Positions 37,310-52,799 of a stretch of DNA of 61,940 nucleotides are shown piece after piece. Under the pieces are notes generated by a model that worked only from the letters and a program-made list of their open reading frames with translations, had not been told where the DNA came from and ran no database searches. Origin of the DNA: Octopus bimaculoides (lineage: Eukaryota); the NCBI RefSeq assembly GCF_001194135.2, contig NC_068982.1:132418772-132480711 (forward strand). Direction: 5' to 3'. A program made the position numbers and the translations under genes. Position 1 is the first letter of the stretch; each line of letters starts with the position of its first letter.

Positions 37310-37720
37310 TGTTGGTGGAGTAAGCATATTGCCGGCAGAGGAGTGTATAGATTGAAGAGTAATTAAGGTAGTCAGAGTGTATGACAGAATACTTAAACTT
37401 AAATTTATAGGCAACAGTAATCATTATATACATACTACAGTCAGAACTGACCAATGAGCAAACAGAATATTTCGATTGGGTATTCTTGCAAACAACCTTG
37501 TTAGTGAAGAAGAATGGTCACATTATCACAGCTGGCAAGTTTAACAGACATGTTGGAGAACACCATAATAACTCATATGATGTATGTAAAATTTATAGTT
37601 ATGATACATGGAATGAAGAGGAGACCTAGGACTGGAGTTCTGTGATGCAAATAATTAGATTAATGGCATTACTAACTCATAAAACCAGATCACCACCTAA
37701 TTTCCTAAAACTTCATTAAA
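37310..37720 (+). pseudogene. RTE apurinic-type endonuclease fragment
   Basis: GGVSILPAEE...VIKVVRVYDRILKL and ITAGKFNRHVGEH...WNEEET. Confidence 0.65.
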
Positions 37721-39893
37721 TATGTAAGCCAAATAGACTCACACTCACCCGGTAAGAGGATAAATGGCTACTTCTGATAAAAAATGTATCGCTCAATATT
37801 GACATCATGAATATGAGCTAAATAAACTCAAATGACATGAGATAATCTAGAGAAGAAAGGAATGGAAGGTGGCCATACGTCCTCTCAACATATATATACA
37901 CACACACACATATATATATACACACACACACATATATACATACATACATGTATATATATAATTATATATGTATATTTATTAAACCATACAAATTAATATG
38001 TTTGAGAGAAGGAGAATTAACTGAATTTCATTATGTGAAATGAAGTTATCAGGGAACCCCAGTTGGTTGGTTCCCTGATAACTTTATTATCTTCATATAG
38101 TATTTTTATGGGAAATTACTTTGCTAGAGTTTCTCTTCCTCCAAATTGTATTTTCTTTAGGAAGACTTGGTCATTTGACTGCTAGTAAATACAATACTTG
38201 TCAACTTTATAGTACTGAAAAAACTTGCAGTAACAATACGTTTTTCTCCTATGTTGTATCTATTTAGACTTTATATAAATGTTAAATGTCTTTGCCATGG
38301 ACACAGCATAGTATTTGTGACAGTAAAAGAACCACTAATCTCAAAACTGGTTGTCAGGTTGCCAAGCAACTTGACTGTTATGCCCCCAAGATTTATATAT
38401 CACCATTATCATCATTATCATCATTGTTGTTGCTGTCTCATCATCATCATCATCATTATCATTTAACATACTGGTTTGACAGGATCCTATGACCTCCAAG
38501 GACTGCACCAAGCTCCAGTGTCTGTTTTGACATGGTTTCTGTGGCTGGATGCCCTTCCTAACACCAACCACTTTACAGAGTGTACTCAAAATTTTTTACT
38601 TGTGGCACTAGTACTATTGAGGACACCATGCCAGATGAGGAATAAAATTATAAGAGAAAGGGATTAAGCAGAACAGGTTCCTTACTAAAGACTGACACTC
38701 AATTGATTACAATAATTAGGGTTCCAATCAACAGAACAGCCTGCTCGTGAAATTAATGTGGAAGTAGCTGAGCACTCCACAGAAACACATACCTTTAACA
38801 TAGTCTTTGGGGAGATTCAGTGTGACACAGAATGGGAAAAGACTGGCCCTTTGAATTACATGTACAACTTATTTTTGCCAACTGGAGCAATGAGAGAAAA
38901 AAATGTCTTGTTCAAAGACATAAGATGTTGCTGGATATTGAACTCATGACTTTATGATCTTAAGCTGAATACCCTAACCAGTAAGCTACATACGATCTTG
39001 TAGAAGTACTATACAGCCATTCACATTTTAAAAGAGAGGCTGCGAGAGATCAGGTGGAGCTGAAAAGGGATAAAAATGGTCGGGATGATGTGTCAGGGTC
39101 AACCCTCAAGGTATGAGGAGGGCAGAAATGAATGGGGCAGAGGATCCAGGAGTGTGGGTGGGAAGAAGTGAGGAGGTTACACAAGAATATGGGTGGAATG
39201 AAAGGGATAGGAGATGACTGACAGTCTGGTGCAGCAGAATAATAATGATGATACAACAGAGAGAAGATGGATGAGAAAAAGAGATGACAAGATGCTGGAT
39301 TGGCAGCCAATCTTCCAGTTGAGTAAAAAAAGTTTGTTTCCATTGCGTTTTTCCATTGCTTATACAACTCCTGACAGAAGTATCACTAACATTTCTTCAG
39401 GTGATAGGAGATAGGATTTTAAGTTGGAACACACAAAGGCAGAAGAGATCCTATAAAGCAGAGGTCCTAAATCATTGGGTAGGGAACCAGTACCAGTCCC
39501 AGGACTGTGGATCATTTGATACCAGGCCAGACAGAAAGAATAACTTTTAAAATCTTATTTCTATTTTGTTGGCTCAAATCTGCAGGGTGTTTTTGCATTT
39601 TATTTATTTACTAGTTGGCCCCATGCTGTCAAAAGCAATGGCTAATTGTAGTATTTTATATATAAATATGGATGGTAAATCAAATTAATACACCTGTCAA
39701 TGTTATCTAATGGTTATCTTTTGAGATGTGACATCAATCATCGTTTGTTGCTGAAAGAATGCTGGTTCACACATACAAACATTCAAATAACTTCCTTTGT
39801 ACATGCACACATATACATACATATACTCACACAGAGTTGAAGCGCTGTTTAATCTTTCTTTCAGCATTGAATGTTCACCATCCCACTTCCCTT

Positions 39894-40030
<137 letters not shown>

Positions 40031-40447
40031 GTGCACACAAACACACACAAGCATTCACATGCCTCCCTTTTACATACATATATTCACACCAGGTTGCCAT
40101 CACCCCTTCCTTCTTTATTCATCTTCCTTTCTCATTCATATGTTGTGACAGAGAAAAACACAAGAGTATTATTATAGTAGATTACATATGTGACCTATTT
40201 ACTCCACAGCAAAAGTGTTATGGCTGCTCCCCCTAGTCAAGAGGCTTGGCCTGCGAAAGTCCAGTGCTGATGCCATGTAAAAAGCACTTGTTCTGGTGCC
40301 ATGTAAAAGCACCCAGTGCATTAGGAAGGGCGTCCAGCTGACGAAATTAAGCCAAAACAGGTGATGGAACCTGGAGTAGCCTGTGACCCTTCCAGTTCCT
40401 GTCAAGTCCTCCAACCCATGCCAGCCTGGAGAACAGACGTTAAATGT

Positions 40448-40499
<52 letters not shown>

Positions 40500-41402
40500 A
40501 ATGATGATAGCAATAATGACAGAATCAATGACCATGCTAGAAACACAGGCCATGGTTGCAATATATAAATATATATATAAGCGGACGTTAAACGATGATG
40601 ATGATGATATATATGTATATATATATAGCCGTAAAGATGCTGATGATAATAATAAATGTAAGATGAGACAGTGGTGACATTACTACTTCATTTGTCTCTC
40701 CTTTGTATCTCTTCCATAACTTAGGTTTGTCATTGTCAGCAATAACTTCTACCTTCTACTTATGTAATTAGAGATAAAGAGAAGCTATTTCTCACAATCA
40801 ATGAACCTTCAATTAATCACTAACATTTTCTTATTTTCACTCTTTCTCACTCCGCTTCTCTGATATTAATTGTCACAAAAGGTTAATTTATTCAAATGAG
40901 TTTTTTTGATTTCAGTTGGATAGTTTATTAGCAGAGGTAATATCTAAGTCACTAGCTAAATTATAATATTCTCAATATTCTCATTATCTTTCACATCCTC
41001 ACTCTTCTATCCTTCAGCTTCTCATTTCTTCTTTCTTATCCTTATATTTGCTATCTGTTTGCCTACACATCCATGTATCTTTCAATCTGTCTACCTACAA
41101 CTCTAACTTTGAGTGTAGACAAATACAAACACATACACTCATCCTCATCTTGATTATTACATCTATTTTCCATGCTGGAATGGGTAAAATGTTTTGTCAG
41201 AATCCAGCAGGATGGACAGCCATATCTTACTTTCATTGTTTCAGTTTTGTTGTGATTTCTATGGTTCAACACCCTTCCTAACTCCTACAACTTTACACAG
41301 TGTACAAGCTGCTTTTTCTCATGGCACCAACACTAGTGAGGTAGACCTGTAACTTGCAAATATCATCATTATCAGATCCTCGTCGTCATCATTGTTGTCA
41401 TT

Positions 41403-41592
41403 AGAAGAAGAAGAAGAAGAAGAAGAAGAAGAAGAAGAAGAAAAAGAAAAAGAAGAAGAAGAAGAAGAAGAAGAAGAAGAGGAAGAGGAGGAGGAAGAGG
41501 CGGAGGAAGAGTAGGAGGGAGAGGAGGAGGAAGAGGAGGAAGAGGAGGAAGAGGAGGAGGAAGAGGAGGAGGAATAATAATAATAATAATAA

Positions 41593-41623
<31 letters not shown>

Positions 41624-41625
41624 AA
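41403..41625 (+). repeat. Compound (GAA)n-(GAG/GAA)n-(TAA)n-(GAA)n microsatellite
   Basis: Direct reading. Confidence 0.95.
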
Positions 41626-42309
41626 TCTACTTTTACCTACGCTAGCATAGGCTGAACAAAAATGTACTGAAGCAGCATTCTACATCTAGATGTCCTTCCA
41701 GAACAACCCTTATTTTCCATGTCATTTTACTGGTGTTCACATGTGAAAACCTCACGGATACAGGATGTATTGTTTACATGACATTGCAATTTTGCTCAAA
41801 CAGTGTTGTGTTAAGACTGGTTGATGGGAAAAGTTATATTCACAACGCATTGTTCAACCTGAAGCAATAGTAGAAAACATTTACTCAAGGTGTCATATAG
41901 TGGAATGGAATCCAAGAGCATATATGAGAACATATAGTTATGAAGAGAACTCCATATTCACACAGCCATGCTGAAGCATAGACCTAGCTCTCCACTTTTC
42001 ATCACCCCTGTTGCATTCAATAACCCCACCACCACTTCTGCATCAAACATTATCCCTAGTCCTTCCTTCACAAGACACCAATCCACTGGAGTTTCCTTCC
42101 TACTCATATCCTTCTGGAAGGTATTGACCAGCAATAATTTAAACAGAACATTAACAACATCAGGCTTACTAATATCAGAGGGTATACAAAGGCTTTGGGC
42201 ATTGTTCCTTCAGACTTAGCAAGTAAAACAAAAGATAATCTACATCAAATTCAATATAATCAATACCAATAAGTCTTCTCTAAAATAAAAGGGAATGAAA
42301 TTAGATCAG

Positions 42310-42620
42310 GAAGAATATGAGAAGATGTGACAATGAAATATGGCATTGGGAATTATGTGAATTATGTGAATTCTCTAAATTAGAGAGTGAGGTGATAAAT
42401 TGCATGTATGCCAACCTTTTAGTATAATTGAGTCAAATTACATTAAAGATCCTTTGGGATTTTGCTATCCAATGTAACCATATGATTTGAATGTTAAGAG
42501 ACCTAATATTTTTGTAGTGAATGAAAAATCAAGAGAATTGGAAATAATTGATATTGCAGAACCTGGATGCATTAGAATTGAGAGCAAGGAAGTAGAAAGA
42601 TTAAAGAGATTCTCAATAAA
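42310..42620 (+). pseudogene. R4/Dong-like RLE domain fragment
   Basis: RRCDNEIWHWELC; KILWDFAIQCNH / KRPNIFVVNEKSRELEIIDIAEPGCIRIESKE, matching the R.PD.....IDia.P motif. Confidence 0.8.
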
Positions 42621-42675
42621 TCACCAAGAGAAAAATTGTAAATATAATATTGTTAAAGACAATATGCATAGGCAC

Positions 42676-42847
42676 AGGAGTGGCTGTGTGGTAAGTGACT
42701 TGCTTACCAACCACATGGTTCTGGGTTTAGTTCCACTGCATTGCACCTTGGGCAAGTGTCTTCTACTATAGCCTTGGGCCAACCAAAGCCTTGTGAGTGG
42801 ATTTGGCAGGTAGAAACTGAAAGAAGCCAGTTGCATATATATATATC

Positions 42848-42890
<43 letters not shown>

Positions 42891-43134
42891 ATGTGTGTGT
42901 GTGTGTGTATGTGTGTGTATATGTTTGTGTATCTGTGTTTGTCCCCTTAACATCACTTGACAACCGATGCTGGTGTGTTTACATCCCCATAACTTAGCAG
43001 TTTGGCAAAAGAGACCAACAGAATAAGTACTAGGCTTACAAAGAATAAGTCTTGGGGTCGATTTGCTCGACTAAAGGCGGTGCTCCAGCATGGCCACAGT
43101 CAAATGACTGAAACAAGTAAAAGGATAAAAGAAT
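42676..43134 (+). mobile_element. SINE family A, complete reference copy
   Basis: Head GAGTGGCTGTGTGGTAAG, B-box-like GGTTTAGTTCC, CCTTGGGCAAGTG, internal (TA)/(TG)n, tail ending AAAAGGATAAAAGAAT. Confidence 0.88.
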
Positions 43135-43366
43135 ACAGATTACCAAAAATTATGAGTATCTACACACACGCGTGCATGCATGCACACACACACACACACA
43201 TAATGTTTGTTTACATGCTATGTAATAAAATAAACAATTTTACATTAAATTGAAAGACGACACTGTCAAATTGTGACTTAATTCAAGACCAAATATGAAT
43301 GTATATATTTTGATAATCCTCAATAGTTTTAGAAAATTCAATTAAGAAATTGGACAAAACAGAGAA

Positions 43367-43417
<51 letters not shown>

Positions 43418-43940
43418 TTAACGTCCGCCTTCCAAGCTAGCATGGGTTGGATGATTTGACTGAGGACTGGCGAACCAGAAGGCTTCATCAGGCTCCAATC
43501 TGATCTGGCAGAGTTTCTACAGCTGGATGCCACTCCTAACGCCAGCTGTAGAAACTCTGGCAGATCAGATTGGAGCCTGGTGCAGCCTTCTGAACACAGC
43601 TGAAAAAATTAAAAAGAAGAAAAAAGAGATAAAGAAAGAAGAGGAAAAAAACCAAAACAATTCACCACTTTAGGTTGAAAAGTTGGGGGTTTTGGGAAAC
43701 CTTTGTAATGGGTATTGAGACATACCATATTCAATTCTTTTTGAAGAGTATGAAATTATTATTCTTTAACAAGAATAGTACTGATATTGACTTTGAAGTT
43801 TCAGCTAGCAAAGCCATCATCATGATGAAAGGAGGCATGGCTGTATAGTAAGAAGTGGTTCTGGGTTCAGTCCCACTACATGATAGCTTACACAAGTGTC
43901 TTCTACTACAGCTTCAAACTGACCAAAAGCCTTGTGAGCC

Positions 43941-43975
<35 letters not shown>

Positions 43976-43988
43976 TTACATACATACA

Positions 43989-44026
<38 letters not shown>

Positions 44027-45612
44027 TATAAAGATACATTCAACTGCCAGTGGCTGAACACTATCTAAAAAGTCTTATGTAAGTTAACAATACAAACCAA
44101 AAAATTATGATCTTTACAGCTAACCATCTAGAATTTCACACACCCTACTAAATCTTTATCAGCTAAAGTTAATAAATATCCTATGATAAATCCCATTATG
44201 ATTGTTCCATGTCCACATTAGTCTACTTGCGAAATATATTCAGCATCTGTCAGACAATTGCAACTATATCAACTGATTGGTGAGATTTTTTCATACTTTA
44301 TTTCCTTCAGTTTCTCCCACACAATTCAAACATGTATCTAAGTTACCATTTCAGTTTCTGCCAAACACATACAGAGCAGAACGTTCCTGATACAGTTTGC
44401 AGACACTTGGGACATAAAAGCCATCAATCTCAGGCACCATATTTTTATTACAAAAACTTATGCTTGGTGAAAGCTATGACATATTATAAAACCATGCAAG
44501 TTAATTTTTCTCATATTCGTCCATTTTTGTATAAAATTCATTCAGATTCACAGGGCTTCAAAAGAACATATCAAAACTGTGATAATAATAATGAAGATGG
44601 TTTCAAATTTTGGTACAAAACCAGCAACTTTAGGAGAAGAAATCTCTATTAGTATCATTAAAAGATTGTGCATTGTGTGTCTTGCTGTACACTAATGGCT
44701 ATCCTTGATAATGGATTTCAATTCACTGAGTAGTGAATATGAGCCTATTTTTAAATTTGTAAATCAATGAAAGGTAGTTGTTATATAGCTGCATGGTTAA
44801 GTAGCTCACTTACTCTGTAGCCACATGGTTTTAAGTTCAGTCCCACAAGATGGCATCAAGATTATATCTCCTTTATTATAATCACAGACTGACCAATACC
44901 CCATGAGGAAAGCTGGTTGACAGAAACTGAAGGCGGCGAGCTGGCAGAAACGTTAGCGCATTGGGCGAAATGCTTATCGGTATTTCGTCTGTCGTTACGT
45001 TCTGAGTTCAAATTCCGCCGAGGTCGACTTTGCCTTTCATCCTTTCGGGGTCGATTAAATAAGTACCAGTTACACACTGGGGTCGATATAATCGACTTAA
45101 TCCGTTTGTCTGTCTTTGTTTGTCCCCTCTATGTTTAGCCTCTTGTGGGCAATAAAGAAATAAGAAACGTTAGCATGTCGGGCGAAATGCTTAGAGGTAT
45201 TTTGCCTGCCGTTATGTTCTGAGTTCAAATTCTGCCGAGGTCAACTTTGCCTTTCATCCATTTGGGGTCAATAAATTAAGTGCCAGAATATTTGTATGGG
45301 TTAGACAGATATTCCCCAGCATCTTCTGAGTAACATCCAGCCTCTTTCACCACTATCAATTATGTTTTCCTCTTCTGTAGGTTTCTTCAATTTAGATTAC
45401 TTTGAACCTCTTTCTGTAACTATCATCTTCGACATACATAAAATTTCAGTCTTCTCTCTTGCAAAATACATTCAATTCCTTTTATATCTCGTTTGTCTCC
45501 TAATGTATTTGTCCTCCATCATTCATGTACACTAACATTACACATCCAGCTAAGTATGCATGTTATATTATTTTCCCAACTTACACATATCTTCTACATT
45601 TAATGCTCATCT

Positions 45613-46002
45613 GTGGAGGCGCAATGGCCCAGTGGTTAGGGCAGCGAACTCGTGGTCATAGGATCACGGTTTCGATTCCCAGACCGGGCGTTGTGAGTGT
45701 TTATTGAGCAAAAACACCTAAAGCTCCACGAGGCTCCAGCAGGAGATAGTGGGGAACCTTGCTGTACTCTTTCACCACAACTTTCTCTCACTCTTTCTTC
45801 CTGTTTCTGCTGTACCTGTATTTCAAAGAGCCAGCCTTGTCATACTCTGTGTCACGCTGAATCTCCCCGAGAACTACGTTAAGGGTACACATGTCTGTGG
45901 ATTGCTCAGCCACTTGCACATTAATTTCACGAGCAGGCTGTTCCGTTAATCGGATTAACTGGAACCCTCGTCATCGTAACCGACGGAGTGCCACAACAAC
46001 AA
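45613..46002 (+). mobile_element. Chimeric SINE: family C head with family F tail, (CAA)n end
   Basis: Matches 13139-13326 up to ctttcttcctgtttct (45808), then matches the 3' part of 29443-29758. Confidence 0.85.
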
Positions 46003-46530
46003 TGCCCATCTTTTGTTACCATGTAACATAACATTTATTTAAGCACTTATTTTGCATCAACAATTTTAATAGATAAAACAGTAGTACATACTCCTTCATA
46101 ATCCATAACTTCTTACCAATATTCCACTACCTTGTCAATGCCTTGATAGTAGAATTAATTGATTTATTAAAATTACTGGTGAAAATTAAGATAAAAATAA
46201 ATGGTGAAAAACAAACAAATTTATCTGACAACTCAATATACAAGCGTCATACAATCTGTCTTTCACTGACAGAGAATATCTATGTTTCCTAAAATTTTTC
46301 TACCCTCTTCTAATTCTGGCCATAGTACTGTCAAAACATGCACCCACACTTTTAATTAGGTTACAGAAGTTATCAACTTATTCTAAGGAGGTCATCAAAC
46401 ATTGGTGAAAAAATAAATGGTGTAAATTAAAGGAAAGACAAGTTTAGCTGCCATGCAATTATGTTTTACAATCAATATTTAAAATCAAAACGACGACGAC
46501 GAAAATGATCACACTTATATTTATTGCCAT

Positions 46531-46619
<89 letters not shown>

Positions 46620-48607
46620 CACATATACATATATATATAGATGCATATACATATATATATTTATATACATATACATACATGCGTGCATACATATATACAT
46701 ACATACATATATACATACATATATACACATACATATATGCACATGCTCACACCACACACATATCTATGCACAAACACAACAAACAGACACACATGTGCTA
46801 TATATATGTATATATATATATATCCCACCCTTACTAACATGGAAAGCAGACGTTAATTCATGATAATGATGATGATGATGATGATGATATATTTATATCT
46901 ACTACTGAATATATCTACTAATGAGATGATAAGTGTGACTACACAAAAGTGTTTATATGATTTAATTGTACAAAAATATGTATTGATTAATAAGGAATTC
47001 TACATGGATTAGCTGCTATAACTATTTATTCATTTATCTTCATGACAGGAAGTATTGAATATGAAATGTTATCATGGTTCTAATTAATTTTCACACCCAA
47101 TAAGCTTCTTATTTCATGGAAGGTCCTAACAACTTAGTATTGTTCCAGAAATCTTTATTTTCATCAATAATGTTTACAAGATATTACTGTTCCATTGAAA
47201 ATCATATTACTGATATTCTTACACATATTTGCGGATTATTTATTAATATATCTATTAATTATTTGACAAATTTCTTACACTTCTCCATTCCCTATTCATA
47301 TAACTGATATGTTAAGTTATCTAATTGTTTTATTTGATTTATGCTCATTCTTATTTTCGGTTTGTGCATGTTTTCTGCTTAAATATTTTATATTCTTTAT
47401 TTATTTTTTAGTCTATGATCTCAATTACTGGATAATATCTGCACATTTCAACACTCAAATAATTCATTAGTGATGATTGATTTAGATATATGCCTAAATA
47501 AATGTGAGCAGCTCAACTTTAAAGTGAGAACTTTAGTTTCATAGTTACATTGACTGAGGGTTTAAATAACACTCCTTGTTCATAGATATGAAAAAATGAA
47601 TTATTATACATATTTTCTTATTTCAAACGTTTTTTGTTTGATTTGTAATGTAGTGAAACCTAATTCCACCAGGGAAAGTTTTACTGGTTTGCTACTTTTC
47701 ACCAGTTTATTGGAACAACTAGACTGAAACATCTTAGCCATACATTGGTTATGTAAATAGGAACTAAAAGCATTCCATTTCTGTCTTCCTTTGGCAAGTT
47801 TCAACCAGAGTAGAAACTGGCAGAATCATTGTCTACTCTTGTTCAGTTAGTTTTAATATAAGATGTATTTCAGTTGAACAAGATATCAATTTGCCATATC
47901 TTAGTTCTTCCATCTTACCTAAATACATATTTTGATTTATTTTGTTTTATCTCAATATTTTGCCTTCACACTTCATGAGTTATTCAATACTTTCTTCTTA
48001 CAAGTGTAACTGAAAATTTTTTCTCGGTACTAATTACTTTTACTCAACATGAATTTTATAAACATTTTGGAAATAAACATGTACTGCTTAATTATATTGA
48101 ATTATCATATCACTTAGGCCAAGAGTGGTATAATGAAAATAAATGAGAACTAAAAAATATATACCACAATAGTTTTGTTCTTGCATCCATATTTTCTAAA
48201 TTGGTGATTATGACTTTTGATCAAGTAGCCATTTTTGATAGCAGCTATAAAATTTTTCTAATTTGCCTTTTAACTGACACCTATCATTATGATGGTGCAA
48301 CTAACAGCAGTATATCTGTCAGCCATTAACTTAAAATTGGCTTGTTTCTTGTTTAATGACCAGCAAGCTTCCACAGATTGCAGTTAGTCACCTGATATGC
48401 AACAACATATTAAAGGCTACATATTTTGCCTACCTTACTGGTTCAGTTTGACTAGAATTAGGACAAGCTCACCTTGAAAGTAAATCAGTTAGAGAGTATT
48501 AACTGAAATTTGAAAACCTCCAGGCAATCCAGATCAGTCCCAGTAGAGTATATAAAAAACAAACATGAGAGCCATTCTGTTACCAATTCATCACTTTTCA
48601 CAGTTGT

Positions 48608-49232
48608 ATTCTTTTATTCTTTTATTTGTTTCAATCATTTGACTGCAGCCATGCTGGAGTACCACCTTTTTAGTCAAGCAAATTGACCCCAGGACTTATC
48701 CTTTGTAAGCCTAGTACTTATTCTATCAGCCTCTTTTGCCAAACCACTAAGTTATGGGGACATAAACACACCAGCATCAGTTGTTAAGCGATGTCGGGGT
48801 GTACAAACACAGACACACACACATATGACGGTCTTCTTTCAGTTTCTTATTTCTTTATTGCTCACAAGGAGCTAAACATAGAGGGGACAAACAAGGACAG
48901 ACAACGGGATTAAGTCGATTACATCGACCCCAGTGCATAACTGGTACTTAATTTATCGACCCCGAAAGGATGAAAGGCAAAGTTGACCTCAGCGGAATTT
49001 GAACTCTGAACGTAACAGCAGACAAAATACCGCTAAGCATTTTGCCTGGCATGCTAACGATTCTACCAGCTTGTGCCTTCTTTCAGTTTCTATCTACCAA
49101 ATCCGCTCACAAGGCTTTGGTCAGCTCGTGGTTATACTAGAAGACACTTGCCCAAGGTGCCATGTAGTGGGACTGAACTTGGAACCATGTGGCTGGTAAG
49201 CAAGCTACTTACCACACAACCACTCCTGTGCC
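48608..49232 (-). mobile_element. SINE A with nested SINE B (48848-49076)
   Basis: Perfect 15-bp TSD cttctttcagtttct at 48833-48847 and 49077-49091. Confidence 0.88.
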
Positions 49233-49399
49233 TGTAGTTTACAATATAGAACTTACTAAAAAATATTTCACCTTACAAACCTGTTCAGTTTTCAATTGAA
49301 AACTTATGGTAGCCAGGAACGTAAACTCATACATTTCTGATAAACACTACTACAATTGCTCATTTACTTTCTACGGACTCACTTGTATGAAAGTGCACA

Positions 49400-49980
49400 T
49401 CAAGTAGAATCCCTTTACTTCTTATGCACACATTGTCTGAATTTCACTTGAATCTTGTGCATCAGGGGACCCTGTCAAAGGCTTTCTCCATGGTAACAAA
49501 AGCCAAGTACAGAAGTTTTTCTTTGGCTAGGAATTTCTTCTGCAGCTGTCTTACTAGAAATATAGCTTCAATGGTGCTTCTCCCTGGCACAAACCCAAAC
49601 TGCATCTCATCTAATCTAACTCTCTCCCTAGTTAATTTGCTATAACCCTCTCCATGACTTTCATCACCTCATCCAACAGTTTGATACCTCTGTAAATATT
49701 TCTATCTAAGGCGTTACTTTTACCTTCATAGTTACACCAGTGATTGGGTATGACTCCTTCAAGTATCACCTGGTTAATTATATGGGTAACTAGACTATAG
49801 CTTACACCACCAGATATTTAAAGCATCTCAGTGGTTATTTCTGGTGGGCCGAGGGCTTTCGCTGTCTTCATACATATCCTTAATTGCTTTATCTACCAAG
49901 GTACTGTCAATTTAGATTGCTGGTCCCTCTGTTGACATGTGGCAGACTCTCTTTCTCCCATTGGTTCTTTTCATTTGCCC
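49400..49980 (-). pseudogene. RTE reverse-transcriptase fragment
   Basis: EMQFGFVPGRSTIEAIFLVRQLQEKFLAKEKLLYLAFVTMEKAFDRVP. Confidence 0.85.
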
Positions 49981-50198
49981 TTCCAAACGCCAACCACTTT
50001 ACAGTGTAGACTGGATACTTTTTAAGTGGTACCAGCACAGGCAGGGTCACCAAGTAACTTGCAAGACAAGGATCCTTTGAGAGGGGGTGGCATTAGAGAA
50101 GGGGATCTTGTGTTAGATGATGAAAGGTTATAGTGAGACAGAGAGACAGAAACAGGTGTCTTGCTGTAGAGGAGGTATATAGCTACCCAGCCAGAGAG

Positions 50199-50241
<43 letters not shown>

Positions 50242-50251
50242 NNNNNNNNNN

Positions 50252-50294
<43 letters not shown>

Positions 50295-52799
50295 ATAAGG
50301 ACAGAAATAGGTGTGCTGATGTAAAGGGGATACATGGTTACCCAATCCAAGGGGGAGCAGGAGACGGAGAGAGATAGTGGGGGACAGCAGGACTGCAAGA
50401 GAGAGCAGGAGAGAGATGGTGGCAAAATGCTAGGCATACTCATAAGGGACAGAGATCAGAATATAAATGGGTTGGTTGAGTAAAAGAAAAGAGAGTGAGA
50501 GAGATGGTGGCAAGTGTCAGGGCATACCCTTGCGGTATGGAGGTCATAATATAAGTGGCAGGGCATTGCCGAAAGAGGCGTGAGTAGAGAGTGGGGGAGA
50601 GAATGTAGTGAGTGGGGTAAACCTGGGCATATAGAGGGGGTGGGTGGGGCTACTAGATAGCAATGATACAGTGTACAGGGCCATGAGGACAGGATTGGGA
50701 AGTGAGAGATAAGCATAATGCATGAACGAGATGTGAGGAAGAGAAGAGAAGAGATGTAGTTTGGTTTGTTGGAGTAAGATGTGTAAAATGTTTTTTTTGT
50801 TACATGTGGGTGGAAAACACAGTGCTTCTAGAACTCAGGTTCATTGACATGGGTGGGTCTTCTCAAGAACTCCATATTGCCAGATATCTTCTTTTTTTGT
50901 TTTGTTTGGAAACAGGTGTAGATTTGTGACCAATGCCAGTGGTGTCTGACTGGCACCCATGTCAGTGGCACATAAAAAACACCGTTCAAGTGTTGGGCCT
51001 CGTGGAGGCAGTAACAGGTGACAGAGACCTTTGGCGATATACCATGCTTGTGCAGACCTGTCAGCCAAGTGAGACCATAGTCATGGCCAATGACAGTGTC
51101 AGGTCATTGGCACCCATGCTGGTGGCATGTAAAAAACACCCACTACATTCTCGGAGTGGTTGGCGTTAGGAAGGGAATCCAGCCATAGAAACCTTGCCAA
51201 ATCAGATCAGAGCCTGGTGCAGCCTGCTGGCTTCAGCTGCACCACATATTAATTTGCTATGTCTCAATTCCACCATGTTACTTTAACATGTTGATTTCCA
51301 GTCTTTTATTTCAACATTTACCATTCACACTTACACATGACCAAAAAGTGTCTTATTAGAAAAATATAGAGTCACAGACATGACTGTGTGGTTAGGAAGT
51401 ACAGTTCTCGACCATCTGGTTTTAGGTTCAGTCCCATGACATGCAATCTTGGGTATTTTCTGCTGTAGCTTTAGGCTGACCAATGCCTTGTGGGAGAATT
51501 CCATAGACAAATACTAGAAGTTCATTGTTTATAAACTTTTATCATCATTATTTAATGTCTGTATTCCATACTGCCATAAGCTGGAGGATTTGGTTGTATC
51601 CAACAAGCCAGAAGACTGTGCTGAGCTCTAAATTTTGCTTTGACATAGTTTCTATGGCTGGATGCCTTTTCTAATGCCAACCACTTTATAGACTGTACTG
51701 GGCGCTTTTTTTTTTTGCCATTAATACCAATGAGGTAACTTGCAAGACAACCCTGCACTAAATAATGATGAGGAGTAACTGGAAAGAAAGATAAAGGTAG
51801 TTGTGATGAGGTATCAGGGCATGCTCTCTAGGTACAAGGTGAGTACAGGAGAGCCTACAGATATAGAAAAACACACATTAACTTAAACAATAACTATATC
51901 CTTAACATTACTTCTACAGCAAGTTTAACTCAAATCTTTTTTCTTATAAACATCGTAATTTGAAAAATGTAATTATTCTATGTATTAATTACTCTTATCA
52001 AAACTTGTATTTTATGGATCTTTTGGAAATAAACATGTCCTGTTTAACCATGTTGAATTATCATACTATTTAGGCTAGTAGTTGCCTGCTTTCTGGGGAT
52101 ACATTGAAAATAAATTGTTGTCATCTCTCACATTAATATTCTCTATGAATACATTGTATCTTGTTTGATACATTGGAATCAAAACCTCAAAATCTCATAA
52201 TAGTTACATTCTTTAGATCTTGCTGATTGAAATATTCAGTAAGTGCTGTATAGTAAAAGCTAATGAGCTTAATCAAGGACTCAAGTTAATTCCTAAACTT
52301 GATCCCAGTTCAGTGCTTTAACACCTCTAATGCTCTTAAGAATGGCATAAATATCTTCACACAGTTTCGTTTCCCCGACTTATTAATGTGTAGCCCTCTA
52401 TCTGGGTAAGAAGAAAGTCAGTAAAATTAGTAATGTGTTTACTTTAGATGGTGTACATGTAATAAAAATTAAAACGATAGAATGATTAAAACTACATTTT
52501 GAGATAGTCATTAATGATCCAGAGTAGATATAAGATAAAAAGAAAACGATAATCAAATACAAAATAAGAAATTACCAAATGAAAGAAGTTACTGGACAGA
52601 AGCAATACTGTAAAAATCGGTCCCCTTCATGCATCATCATGCATCATCATCATCATCAACAGCACATCTTCATTCTTTCTTCACCCTCCATCTCCTTTCA
52701 TTTCTCCAATTCATCCTCCTTCTCCCCCCTCCTATTCCTATTCCTTCTCCACATTATCATCATTGTTCTAAAGTCTATTTTGTTAAGTCATCATAGGTT

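Noticed and set aside
48473-48502. 30-nt segment with strong minus-strand splice signals (ttttcaaatttcag / AAG|gtgagc)
   Set aside because: Stops in all three frames and no other support; such pairs are expected by chance in a 37-kb intron.
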